Counted from the stretch's first letter, positions 41,086 to 53,005 are shown. The stretch: DNA of 64,000 bases from Octopus bimaculoides (GCF_001194135.2 NC_068990.1:5496963-5560962); one strand, 5' to 3'. Notes: generated from the sequence alone by a model not told the origin. Numbers and translations are program-made.

Positions 41086-41165
41086 AGGCAGTTGCAGATG
41101 TAAACTCCCGCCATTTTCCTGTGCAGCTTCTTCAGAGTCTATCCGTTTGGTTAGTTTCGAAGGAA
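41086..41165 (-). CDS. Candidate coding exon 2 of a prepropeptide-like gene (model A): (V)PSKLTKRIDSEEAAQENGGSLHLQLP
   Basis: Acceptor gtaactcttttcag and donor CCT|GTAAGC. Only the phase-1 frame is open, matching the phase-1 exit of 52705-52813. Contains a KR site. Confidence 0.45.
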
Positions 41166-43227
41166 CTGAAAAGAGTTACTAGTTATTTAGACAAAGAAGA
41201 ATAATTTGTGCTTTTGAAGTTAAACTTTTAATATGACATTTAAACAGTCAAGAATAGAAACTGTAAATGTCTAGGTTTAATGCATTATAGTAGTATCAGT
41301 TTTGTTCATTTGTTTTCTACATCTGTTCAAAAACCACTAGAACCGACAATAGCTTTCAGCTCCCTCAGGCAAAAGCTGCCATTTTGTTTGGGTAGATCGA
41401 ATCTATCCATTAAATCCATATCCTCATAAATGTATGACCTGTGTTTTGATCAAGAGCCAACTTTGACTTTTATCACTCTCGATAAAATAACTTATCGGTT
41501 GTGTACTGTTATTGATTAAACTGACACAACTCTCCCCAAAATTATGTTGTCTTGTGCCACAGTTAGCAATTCTAATGTTGTCATCAAAATGCCAGCGATA
41601 AGACTCATTTGTCACCACATTCTATTTTTAATTACTTACACGTAATTTAAAATCTGGAGGTTGTCTCCCTGCACTTTATCTTAACAAGATTTAATCATTA
41701 GAATAATGATTATTTCTTCTAACTACATTATTTTTGCACATATTTTATTAGCGCGCGTCACTTTGAGACATTGAATGCAGTTGCACTGCATTCAGAGAAA
41801 TAAAAAGTATCCATGCTTTTACATCCATTTACAGCCTCATATTTTGGCTGTGAATTTCATCCTTTCGTTCCCACTCTTTCTCTCACTTTCTCTCTTTCTC
41901 CCCCCCTCTCTCTCTCTCTTTCTTTCCCCTTCCCCCCTCTCTCTCTTTCCCTCCAATAATCACTAGCTTAAAGACATTAATTTTGATGTATACTAATCTT
42001 ATCAGGTAGCCATAATTATACAATAAAGTACTATTTTTTAGGACGGAAATGAATTCTCTTTTTCTTCTACGCTGGTGAAATATGAAAGATGACTAAGATT
42101 TATGTAAAGCGAGTATAATTTAATATTCCATAGCATTAATATACTGCTGGTTATTACGAAAGCTGCAATGCTTCGCTTCGATAAGATTCCGGAATCTTAC
42201 AAACGCAAAGCTTTCCTTTCTTACAATCTCCTAATTCATTAAATATTTACTACTCCTCGATTTATGGGATGTAGAACCAAAAATTTCCGCTTCTTTGTCT
42301 GCCTCTCTCCCCTTCTCTCTCGTATTTCTTAGTTATATCTGATAAATATTTCTTCTTTTAATGGATATCATTTTGGTGTGATTGGGTTTGTTGTACAACT
42401 ATAGATTGTCATTAGAATTAGAATTATTGTCTAAGAATAGAATTTCTTATCCTACATATATACGGTCAATCATTTCGCACAATCAATTTCTTATCAGAAT
42501 TACTCTGTAAAGTTTCAATTTCAGATTTAAAGATCATAAGATTGNNNNNNNNNNNNNNNNNNNNNNNNNNNNNNNNNNNNNNNNNNNNNNNNNNNNNNNN
42601 NNNNNNNNNNNNNNNNNNNNNNNNNNNNNNNNNNNNNNNNNNNNNNNNNNNNNNNNNNNNNNNNNNNNNNNNNNATATATATATATATATATATATATAT
42701 AATTGTTTTTGAATGTATTAACGTATATTTTACTGAGAACATTATCTATAGATTTTTCTTGTTATGAGAATTTATAGGAGAGTTTTGGAGTCTAAACTTT
42801 TAATAAACTTAGAATAAAGAATATAGTTGATGTTCGCCTTATCTTCAGTTATCAGAAAAAAGTTGATAAATACCACAAGAATAATAAAGTTTTCCTCCTC
42901 TATTCAACTCACTTGTTTATCTTGACTGAAACAATAAGCAGGCGTCCTCGGGTATTTTTTTATTTATTTATTTATTTGTATAGTCATTCTTTTAAGTTAC
43001 AACTCAGTTAAATGTTGATTCACAACAAATCTACATCTCTCTAATCATTCTAAGATCTAGCAGTTACAGAATTACTACAGTTACCTGATGCGGTTTAATA
43101 AGATCATAACACGTCCAGAGTTGTCTACCATATCGCAATTTGCCTCTCTTGTATTTCATTACTTTTAATTGAAATTTCGGAGTCGTACCACTTAATAGTT
43201 TCTTTTACCAGAATTAGTCATTTTGAT

Positions 43228-43899
43228 AACAATTGTTGGATCTTGTTCAAAACGGGGGCACCAGTTTTCATTTATGTTTTATGTAGTGTTTTTGGTACCG
43301 AAAGACTTTCAAACTTCGTATACTTATCTATTTTGTGTTATAGAACAGAAAAAAATTTTGTATTCGAATTTATTTCATGTAAAAAAATTGTCTTATTTCG
43401 ATAATTTCAACCAATCACTGACAAGTATTCAGCTGTTTACACTTACTCCTTTGGCACTTTAAGCGGTGTAAAGCGTATTTAATCTCCATTACTTCTGACA
43501 TTTTGCAGAGGCAACACACGTGTGTTCGTTTTCCATAACCCTAACCCTAACCCTATTTGACTTGCTCCTTCCCTCAAAAACCATGCCTTGTGCCTATAAT
43601 AGAAAGGTTTATTAGCTACTGCCAATATGCTTCAGCCATTTTTTGACAAGGAAATAATAATTTTATCACCGCCAGAATCGTTTGTTTACGTAGTCAGCAC
43701 TTAATGGACGTCAGTCATTGGTTGAAATTACAGAAATACGACAACTTTAACATGAAATAACTTGCGATGTACGTTTTTTTGTTAAGAAGACTAAGAGAAA
43801 AAGATGTTTTATATGACACATTCTACCAGTGTCCCAAGTTTCAAAGTGTTTCGTGAAGAAAATACTGGTGCCCCCGTTTTGAACAGGATCCCAATTGTT
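43228..43899. mobile_element. Large foldback/MITE with imperfect arms of about 200 bp and central (TAACCC)3
   Basis: aacaattgttggatcttgttcaaaacgggggcaccagt versus the reverse complement of 43864-43899. Inner arms tttcaaccaatcactgac / gtcagtcattggttgaaa. TAACCC at 43536-43555. Confidence 0.8.
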
Positions 43900-45587
43900 T
43901 TTATTACTAAGGGTGAAATCTAAATTAATTAAAATTTCTAGACTTGTGACATTAAGTGTTCTAGTTTTACAATTAAGAAGATATTTATCTCAATCTGAAA
44001 TTTAAAGTTTACCGAGAAATTGATACACTCTTGGCTTGCTATATTAAGAACTCTCGCGCCTATTTTACAATTTAAACATTTCTTTCATTTCAAATTTGAA
44101 ATTTAGCTTGAAATATTAACTGTTGAGGAATAGATTCATCATAAATCTATGACACAAGGAAAAACCATAGTCAATTCTCTAATAATAATATCTATGACCC
44201 TATTGGCTCTATATCGTGCTTGCTACAATCGAAAACACTACAACAGAAATTCATTAGAAAATATAATTGTGTGAGAGGAAGCCGAAGAAATACAAAGGGA
44301 TAACATTAGATACACTGAGTCCTATGGTCGTTAGATAGTTTATCTTTCGATTTTGGTGTTCCTTTATTCATGAAATTTACACAGAGTATTATAATTCTTC
44401 CCACAAATGTACAACATTTTAGCGAAAAGTTATTTTGAAAGCATATTTTTGAGTAAAAATGGCAAGCGATTCATTAGTGAACTATCGTTCTACTAACGAA
44501 CAGTCCCTCATTCTGCATTCATGCATGTATCTATATCGTGATTAATTATGATTCAACGTCGAATGCTATCACGTTTGAGCGTGATATTATCTCATTGTGA
44601 ATTTATGTATTTATTCGTCTGTTATGGTGTTGGGCAAAACATAGCGAATGTGTCTGGCAACATCATTTGTTGCATGACTGGATTAAACATTCCAAACTGG
44701 TTAACGAACAAAAATATAAATGGTGTATTCTCTGCCTGCTTCGCTGATGCTCATCCAGTTGTTCGATCAACAAAAATTATCTACTCGTTAAATTAATAAT
44801 AAGTTGAATGGCTTAGTATCCTGTAGCCACTCATACATTTAATGTGATTCTCAGACCGAATCAGTGAGAAATATGTGTAAAGATTTGGACTATGATTTAC
44901 TTCCATTCTGTCCCAATCAACGCGTTTCCATTCACGACGCTTGGATCAGTCTTACTATAAAATACACTTGCTCAAGATGACACGCAAAAGGATCAAACAC
45001 ACAGTCTCATGAATTGTGAAGCGAACTCTATAACTACTTCCCCATATCTACGTTCACAAAAATACATAATTGGTCTGACTGATAGGTAAATTTTAGTTCA
45101 CCAACATGCAAGAGCCACATTTCAATAATGTGCAGTACGGTCTCGCTCTCTCTCTCGCTCTTTTCCTCTCTCTCTCGCTCTTTTCCTCTCTTTCTCTCCC
45201 TTCCCTCTCTCTCTCTCTCTTCTATCAATGCTACGATTTACGATCCTATGAACAAAAATCTTTTTACATGCTTCTCTACATATCTTTACAAAATATTACT
45301 CGAAAAATCCTGCACGAAACACTTTTGGGTAAATTTCGGAATCCAAGGAAGCTGGTGAGGGTCTGTTGTCGACAGAAATGATTTAATTGTCGGCATAACC
45401 AATTTAATCATGTGGAGAAGGGCGTGGGAAATCAGAACTCTTTGCTAGCGGAAGAACTACATAAAGATATGAAAATATATACAAACGGTGATTTGGTCTC
45501 AGTTCTTTGCTACACAGAAATCCCTGTTGAAAGAACTCAAAGAAGAAGCTGTGGTCTTATCCCGAGTGACTCTTTTACTCTTTTACT

Positions 45588-45798
45588 CTTTTATTTGTTT
45601 CAGTCATTCTGACTGCGGCCATGCTGGAGCACCACCTTTAGTCGCGCAAATTGACGCCAGGACTTGTTCTTTGTAAGCCTAGTACTTATTCTATTAGCCT
45701 ATTTTGCCGAACCGCTAAGTTACGGGTACGTAAACACACCAGCATCGGTGTCAAGCGATGTTGGGACACACACACACACACACAAACATAGACACACA

Positions 45799-45841
<43 letters not shown>

Positions 45842-46004
45842 GACGGACTTCTTTCAGTTTCCGTCTACCAATTCCACTCACAAGGCTTTGGTTGACCCGA
45901 GGCTATAGTAGAAGACACTTGCCCAAGGTGCCACGTTGTGGGACTGAACCCGGAACCATGTGGTTGGTAAGTAAGCTACTTACCACATAGCCACTCCTGC
46001 GCCT
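45588..46004 (-). mobile_element. tRNA-derived SINE family A, full length with internal microsatellite
   Basis: Minus 5' end aggcgcaggagtggctatgtggtaag (A box) and gggttcagtccc (B box); internal (TA)n/(CA)n; 3' tail cagcatggccgcagtc..tgactgaaacaaataaaag. Confidence 0.92.
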
Positions 46005-47974
46005 CCTGTTTAACTCGACAGGATCAGGAAGACATGTTAATGTAGTTCGAGATACGTACTAAAACAAGACGGAAATAGTCAGGGCTGGAATATCTTTGAC
46101 CCTACAGCTGTCGTACTAGAGTTGACGTTTGTTTAATTAACAATAATATGAATATTATTTCATTTCTGCTTCATGTAAATAACTGAGGCCAATGTTACAA
46201 GATATAGTCTTTAATTTGAAAATTTAACAATGATTCTGTTTTAAATTGGCATCAATTTCAATAATATTCCTGTAACACTCTATTTATTGTATTCATTATA
46301 ATTACAACCAATTCGTTTGGATATCATTTTGTCGTTATGAAACATAGTGGCTGACCAATATAGTAGCTAGGCAGATAGCTGCAGCAATTGACTTTAGTAG
46401 CTATAAGCGGTTACGAGCAATGAATACAGAAAACATTCGAGCTCGTCATGTTCATTCCCTTTGCTTTCTCTATTACAATCTGTGAACATTAGTATCTTTG
46501 GTTACAAGTTAGCAACTGTTCAATTACTCGTTCACTGCATTTCTGACGGCGAATGTGACATGGATCGTTTAAATTGATGCAGGGGACTTCCTTTGTAAAA
46601 CACCGATTTTCGGTTTCACCGATGGTGCATATATATTATAATGATGTGTAACAACGCTATCAATTGCTTCTTGTAAAGAATATATAGATAACTTATAAGG
46701 GAGTTTTAACTGTTGTCTCCTCGTAACTGTGCCGGACTAATGCAAGGCGAAAACAAGATTTCTTCATACGTTACCTCCACGATGTGTATATTTATTTATT
46801 TATTTCGAATTCCTGTACAGTCTCGTGTGACTTCGTGTATTCTCATGCAAAATGGATACGACTATTAACGTTCCCATATGACACACTTGAAAATTGTATT
46901 GAAATCACTCGTACGGGAAACTATTGGTAGCCTTGTTAACCCACAAATAAAGAATATTTATCCACTAATGCAGTGCTGAACACCCATTCTTGCTGTTCGA
47001 TATTAGCGTATATATATATGCATATGACTGGCTCTAACGCAGCTTCCATCAAGCTGATTCTCCACTTATAAGGTATTTGTAAAGTTCAGGTTATGGTAAA
47101 CATATTACCAAAATAACGAGCAGTGGGATAGAATTCAGAACCATTTGGTTACAAGAAACCTTCTTAACCAAACAGCCTGTTTGCACCCTACTGTATTGTG
47201 TAATTTTATTTCTGAGCCATCCTCATGTCATGTCTATTCGCTAACAACATATGATTTAATACATTAATGAATTATATTCATATACCTGTAAATCCTGTTT
47301 GATCAAAGACGCATTTTTGTTCTTAGCACCCATCTTTATTTTTATTCATCGAACAGAAACACGTTTCTAAATACACCCTTTTTATTGTCTGATATTGATC
47401 TCTGTTCAACTGTAACAGCCATTAAAATCCCATTTCCATACACATTCCATGCTGATTCTCTTTTGTAATTTTGGTTTATTTCCTTTCAGATTCTTTCAGC
47501 TATTATTTCTTACATTCGTAGTCAACAGGCCAAAACTTGTTCCCCCACTCATCCTGCAGACTAAACATGATCTTCCTTTGTATTATTATGGTATTTTAAT
47601 TTCTAGTCAGTGAACATTTAAAAATATAACAAAACATACGCACAAACAACAACAGAAAACAAAGTCTCATTCAGTTTTCTAAACATTAATTCTTTTGCAC
47701 AGAAACTTAACTTTTGTTTTTCTCCAGCGATTAACACTGTGTATTCAATGAGAGTCTTTGTTGAAACTTTGTCATATTACTTTGTTTTGCTGGCGTTTAT
47801 TTGTTGATGATTTTGATTTACTTTAGGTATAGTGTTTTGTAGCAGCTACCTGCATAAAATAAACGCCACTAAAATGTGTTAATATTTAAGCAAATACATT
47901 TCCCAATGGTTTTGAATATAGTTATATGTAGTTAGTGATAAATGTCGGATTTTTGCTTTTCTATCTCTAAATAT

Positions 47975-48400
47975 ATATATATGAGTTGTTTTATATCTAA
48001 TCATACTTAACACAGTAAGTCGTCACAAATATTTGAATACTAGATAGAATGTCTAGCAGCAGATTCATTCTTAAAATTTCTATGTTCAATTCCTGTCAAT
48101 GTAGATTCCTCTCTAGCTGGCAATGTAGATGATGCTTAGGCTCAGGGCATCCCTAAAGAAGAATGATTTTTGCCTTTTCTTATGTAATTATATTTATAGA
48201 CATATGAGTTGTTTTATAATTAATTATACCTAATTCAGTAATTTGGCAGAAATATTTGAATGCTAGATCAAAAATACATAGCAACAGATTCATTCTTAAA
48301 ATTTCGATGTTCAATTCCTACCAAAGTAGACGCTATCTCCTTTCTATCTGGTGATGTAGGTGATGCTTTGGCTCAGGACATTCCCGAGCAAGAAGAATTA
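47975..48400. repeat. Degenerate direct tandem duplication, about 225-bp unit x2
   Basis: atatgagttgttttata..aaatatttgaat..cagattcattcttaaaattt..tgatgctt.ggctcagg occurs twice. Confidence 0.8.
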
Positions 48401-48434
48401 TAACGAGTAGCGTTTTAGGTATGAACATTCCCTC

Positions 48435-48701
48435 TTATACAGTTCTATATTTAAGAGATGAGGAATTATGTACATTATTTACATTATTTACATTTGATGG
48501 ATATTTGTACTCATCTTGTTTGTTGTTAACACAACGTTTTGGCTGATATACCCACCAGCCTTCATCAGCCTCCATCAGGGAGATGAACTAAGGTGGAAAG
48601 TGAGACAGGTACTAGAAAAAGCGAAACTTCCCAAACCAAACATCACTAAGGAAGAAACGTTCGCTATCAAAAGACTACAGAGTGACAATTCCATCATAAT
48701 A
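48435..48701. mobile_element. Penelope-like fragment: inverted terminal repeat (48435-48568, minus) joined to an RT N-terminal fragment (48569-48701, plus)
   Basis: GDELRWKVRQVLEKAKLPKPNITKEETFAIKRLQSDNSIII matches the PLE segment just before the ADKG motif. The minus strand carries CTGATGA-A-GGCTG..CAGCC-AAAAC-GTT. Confidence 0.8.
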
Positions 48702-49072
48702 TACCGGAGACATACCATATGTTGGGGGAGGTAAAGAGTACGCACATCATCCGTTTTCGGCGTAACACTTACCCTAAACCCTAACCCTAACCCTAATTCT
48801 AACCCTAAGCCCTAACCCTAAACACCGGGTATGCGTATACTTTTACCTTTGACCACGTGTTGTGCTAAAAATAACTGCTAAATAAGATTTTTTAGATAAA
48901 TTTTTTAATTTAACATAAACATTTGTTTACATGAAATAAAATTACCGGAGACATAACACGTGTTGTGCTAAAAATAACAGTTAAATAAGATTGTTTTGAT
49001 AAATCTTTTAAATGAACATAAACGTTTATTTACATGAAAGAAAATTTCCGGAGACATAACGCGTGCTGTGTT
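48702..49072. mobile_element. Non-autonomous element with a (TAACCC)n array between short IRs and a 103-bp tandem repeat; possibly Helitron/Helentron-type
   Basis: TAACCC-like array 48762-48822 flanked by ggtaaagagtacgca / tgcgtatacttttacc; 103-bp units start at 48854, 48957 and 49060 (partial). Confidence 0.5.
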
Positions 49073-49719
49073 ACCGTTGCAGGTGGGCATTCGAAATAAA
49101 TAAATAGAAAAAAATCTTTTCACTTTTATAAAAAGGATGGAAGGTCCTACATACGAAAAAACTATGTCCATTTACGTCCATTTGCGCGGAGGCTCTTGGC
49201 AAAATGTTATATTGCACGGCCATCCTTGGGACATAAGTAATGTGTGTGTAAATTTAGTGAAAATCGGTTGAGAATTGTGGATACGTATGCGTTAGTCAGT
49301 ATACATATACATACTATGATTTACACACACACACATACATATATGTATGTACGTATGTATATATGTATGTATGTATACTAAAGTCTATTTGCCAACACAA
49401 TGTGGCAGTCCTACGTAGGATGATGTAACTACTTTTTAGCCCCAGGAAAATATCTTTGCCAGCTGGCTATCAACACATGGTCTGTGTCCGTATTCTGTGA
49501 GCAATGGAGTTTATTGCTCCCCTTCTAGCCTTAGCGATACCTGTAGACCAATGGTTTCTGGGTTACTCCCCTTCCTCGGTACAGGACAATCGCCGGCTAC
49601 GGATGGCAGCCAATCGACCTTGCTCACAGTATATACATTTAAAGCAACACACACTCGCTGATTTCGTAAAGAGTAAAACAACTAGTATATAAAAGTATAT
49701 ACTGTGATTCCGGGTACAG

Positions 49720-49815
49720 TCCCACTACGTGGCACCTTAAGCAAGTGTCTACTACTTTAGCCTTAGGTCGACAAAAGCCTTGTGAGTAGATTCGGTAGAC
49801 GGAAACCTAAAGAAG
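49720..49815 (+). mobile_element. SINE family A, partial
   Basis: gtcccactacgtggcaccttaagcaagtgtct..aagccttgtgagtagattcggtagacggaaac. Confidence 0.8.
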
Positions 49816-49831
49816 TCTTTTACATATGTAA

Positions 49832-50161
49832 GGGCATGGCTACACATAAATACCTCACGCTATGAAGGACTCTTAAAGTCAAAACTAATATAATAAACAT
49901 ACACAGTGTACCGAATGCGAGGGAATGCAGTTCTTGAAGCCAAACTCTCAAAAACAGATTCAGCTGCAAATCTTATGATTTCATAGTTAGTGTACAAAAT
50001 ACGCTAACAATGAAATCATATGATTTTAGGTTGAATCTGTTTTTGAGGGTTTGGCTTCAAGAATTGCATTCCCTCGCATCGGTACACTGTGTATGTTTAT
50101 TATGGTAGTTTTGACTTTAAGAGTCCCTCATAGCGTGAGGCATTTATGTGTAGTCGTGCCC
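49832..50161. mobile_element. Almost fully palindromic 330-bp foldback MITE
   Basis: gggcatggctacacataaatacctcacgctatg..acagtgtaccg..aacagattca pairs with 50030-50161 at high identity, and the centre is also self-complementary. Confidence 0.88.
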
Positions 50162-50735
50162 CTCTCTTTCTTTCTCTCTCTCTCTCTATATATATGTATA
50201 TATNNNNNNNNNNNNNNNNNNNNNNNNNNNNNNNNNNNNNNNNNNNNNNNNNNNNNNNNNNNNNNNNNNNNNNNNNNNNNNNNNNNNNNNNNNNNNNNNN
50301 NNNNNNNNNNNNNNNNNNNNNNNNNNNNNNNNNNNNNNNNNNNNNNNNNNNNNNNNNNNNNNNNNNNNNNNNNNNNNNNNNNNNNNNNNNNNATATATAT
50401 ATATATATATACATATATATATTGATGTATGTATGTATCAGAATAAAAGAGTTATTGGGATTCTCAATCTTGGGGAAAATACTTGACAAGCTGTTTGTTA
50501 ATATAAATACACCAGGTTAACAAAGTATTTTTCAGATTCGTATACACCTCCATCTAATTCTAAGTCAAGGTGCAAAGTACCTCCACATGCACTTTACCTT
50601 ATCTCCGAAATGGTAGAAGGTGAAGTCAACATCAATTAAATTTGAACTCGGAGACATGAAATATAGCAAAATGTTGTAATGCCTTCTATTCAACGATGTA
50701 ATGTCTACCAAATGCCACTCTATGAACGTCAAATG

Positions 50736-50788
50736 TAACAGAGACACAAGGCTAACAGAGACACAAGTCTAACAGAGACACAAGGCTA
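50736..50788. repeat. 17-bp minisatellite x3 (taacagagacacaagg/tc)
   Basis: Seen directly. Confidence 0.9.
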
Positions 50789-51179
50789 TACATTCGGACG
50801 TAAAACTTGATCCATTAAACCATTCCCAGCTTTTAACTGGTTCTTTCTTTTCCTCAAAGTTGGAATGTAGGAGCGGGAAGTTGTCCTTAACAACATTTTG
50901 ACTTTAAACACAAGGAGACAGGTCAAATCCCTAGAAAATGCCAGACACCTTGTCACTCCCTCCAATTTACTTGTCTGGACTAATATTTTATGTAACTCTG
51001 AAAAGTGGAAAGGTAAAAATTACCTCGACGGGATTTGATCTCAGAACTTGGAAAAAATATATATATATGTATATATATCGCAAGACATTTTACGCGACGC
51101 TCAGATGACTACTAATCTAATTCGCCTCTTTATGAAAAAGCGAAGATAATGGCTTCAAATGTTGACGCTTTTTTTAAAG

Positions 51180-51305
51180 CTGGGGGGTTAGTCGATTACA
51201 GAGTAATGCTAATTTCATTGACCCCGAAAGGGATGAAAGGCAAAGTTGACCTCGATAGAATATTAAGTTCAGAGAATAATGTGTCGGAATGTGCTAACGG
51301 TCTGC
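51180..51305 (-). mobile_element. SINE family B, partial
   Basis: gaccccgaaagggatgaaaggcaaagttgacctcg is the reverse complement of the family B body. Confidence 0.75.
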
Positions 51306-52049
51306 AAGCTCGCCACCTGTCGAAGACTGAAGATAGTAATAGTATTAACTTTACATTGTGCACACTTTTCATATCTTCAAACAACTAAACAAGAACATGT
51401 ACATACACAACACTTTTAATCTTAAATCTGAGCTTATGCTTGTTTATCTCTCCTTTGTAAAAATGAATATTTTGATGGACTTCAAGTAAACTATTCAGTC
51501 TCTTCACTAAAATATATGATAAATGTTTTTATTTGTTTATTGATTTAATGAAACCTTATCAATATATTTCAACACAAAACCCTGTAACATCCTGAATTGT
51601 ATATTCAAACATAATGTTTCTGGTTATCGCTTTCTTATCTTGAATATCTATTCGAGATTTTGCAAGTTATATGTTGCTGTAAAAAGTTAATATCTTATTT
51701 AACAAGTTTTTAGGGTATAACATTTTCAAAAGCTAGATATCTAAGAATACAAAATAAATAGTACAAATATATATAAGAACGAAAGATTTCAATGATATTG
51801 ATATCTTTATTCTAAATATTGCGTTGCGTAAATTGTAAATATATATTTAAAAAAAAACACGTCTTTTAAAAATATATTTACAGTTTTCATGTCAGCTATA
51901 GTCGTTGTTTAATTCGTCATAAACAGATAAGATGGACAAGAATGATAATACAGTTACCACTGTTCTTGATTTTGGTATTTGGTTTAGCCGTAGACCGTTT
52001 CTGATCGAGTAAAGCTATAACTCGCAGTGTTCCTACCATTATCACTCAG

Positions 52050-52085
<36 letters not shown>

Positions 52086-52518
52086 ATCTAGGGTAAATTC
52101 CAGCTGTTTCTTCTTAAAGCACATTTGCTAATTCAATTATTTAATTTCCCTCTCTGAAGAATTTCTAACAATCTAGCATGTATTCCTATTAGCAAATGAA
52201 AGGCGTTTAATGGTGAGTAAATATTATCAAAATTTCAATTTGGCTGTTTTGTTATATGTATATATATAGTAGGCCCGCGAAGCAACGAAGTGAAATAAAG
52301 GTTTAGATTAATTGAAATATGTTTTGGGCATATCTAACTTGTACAAAGGCTGGCTTTCGGCAACGGGAGTTAAAATATTAGATGCAAAGAGGACGATTTT
52401 AAATGGTCGTTTGTGTTTCATATTACTGATTCACTTATCTAATATTTAGTTTGTTCGAGTCTGGCATCTGTCACACTCAGTCTGCAGATAGTTTCATCTT
52501 CTAATTATTTTCTATAAC

Positions 52519-52573
52519 TTAGGCGCAGGTGTGGCTGTGGTAAGAAGCTTGCTTCCCAACCACATGGTTCCGG
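52519..52573 (+). mobile_element. SINE family A tRNA head only
   Basis: aggcgcaggtgtggctgtggtaagaagcttgcttcccaaccacatggttccgg. Confidence 0.8.
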
Positions 52574-52704
52574 ATTTGTACTCCAGCTGTGCATACATTC
52601 GCAAATGGCTGACTGGATACACAACGAGTTGACAAGGTCACACGTAGACACACTCACTGAACTATGTAGCTGTTCTTGAGATGTTCAAAATGTTTAAACC
52701 TTAC

Positions 52705-52813
52705 CTGTATTCTCCTGATGAAAGTGATTGTTTTTGCATAATGTAACACTTCTGATCATCAATAAAAACACGCTTGAAACAGCCGTAGTGAAACATAATA
52801 CATGTTTATTCAT
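52705..52813 (-). CDS. Candidate first coding exon with signal peptide (model A): MNKHVLCFTTAVSSVFLLMIRSVTLCKNNHFHQENT
   Basis: ATG at 52813; basic n-region, hydrophobic core, polar tail; consensus donor CAG|GTAAGG in phase 1; possible upstream acceptor cttacag at 52881-52879. Confidence 0.45.
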
Positions 52814-52895
52814 TTGTGTGTATATATAATAATTGATAATAATATATATATAATAATTGATAGGGAAGACAGTGTATACTGTAAGTGTTATAATT

Positions 52896-53005
52896 AGCAC
52901 AACGATCGTTTCGGCTTACATCTGCACTGCTCCCAAGTGAGAGAGGAACGTTATAATGGAATCGAATGCACCCAACAGTGCAGAAGAAACTTCATCAGGT
53001 TACCC
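52896..53005 (-). ncRNA. Type I hammerhead-ribozyme-like fold (probably PLE-derived)
   Basis: Intact core CTGATGA (52998-52992) and GAAAC (52912-52908); long stem II (TCTGCACTG/CAGTGCAGA); palindromic stem III AACGATCGTT; GUU triplet; weak stem I. Confidence 0.4.

Noticed and set aside
47491-47565. Plus-strand terminal-exon-like segment ILSAIISYIRSQQAKTCSPTHPAD*
   Set aside because: Good acceptor but no upstream exons could be linked.
47800-47851. Alternative minus-strand exon after the model A signal exon (GSCYKTLYLK*)
   Set aside because: Would give a 46-aa product; weaker than the 41086-41165 exon and unsupported.
50736-50788. CRISPR-like appearance of the 17-bp repeats
   Set aside because: Contiguous units without spacers in eukaryotic DNA.
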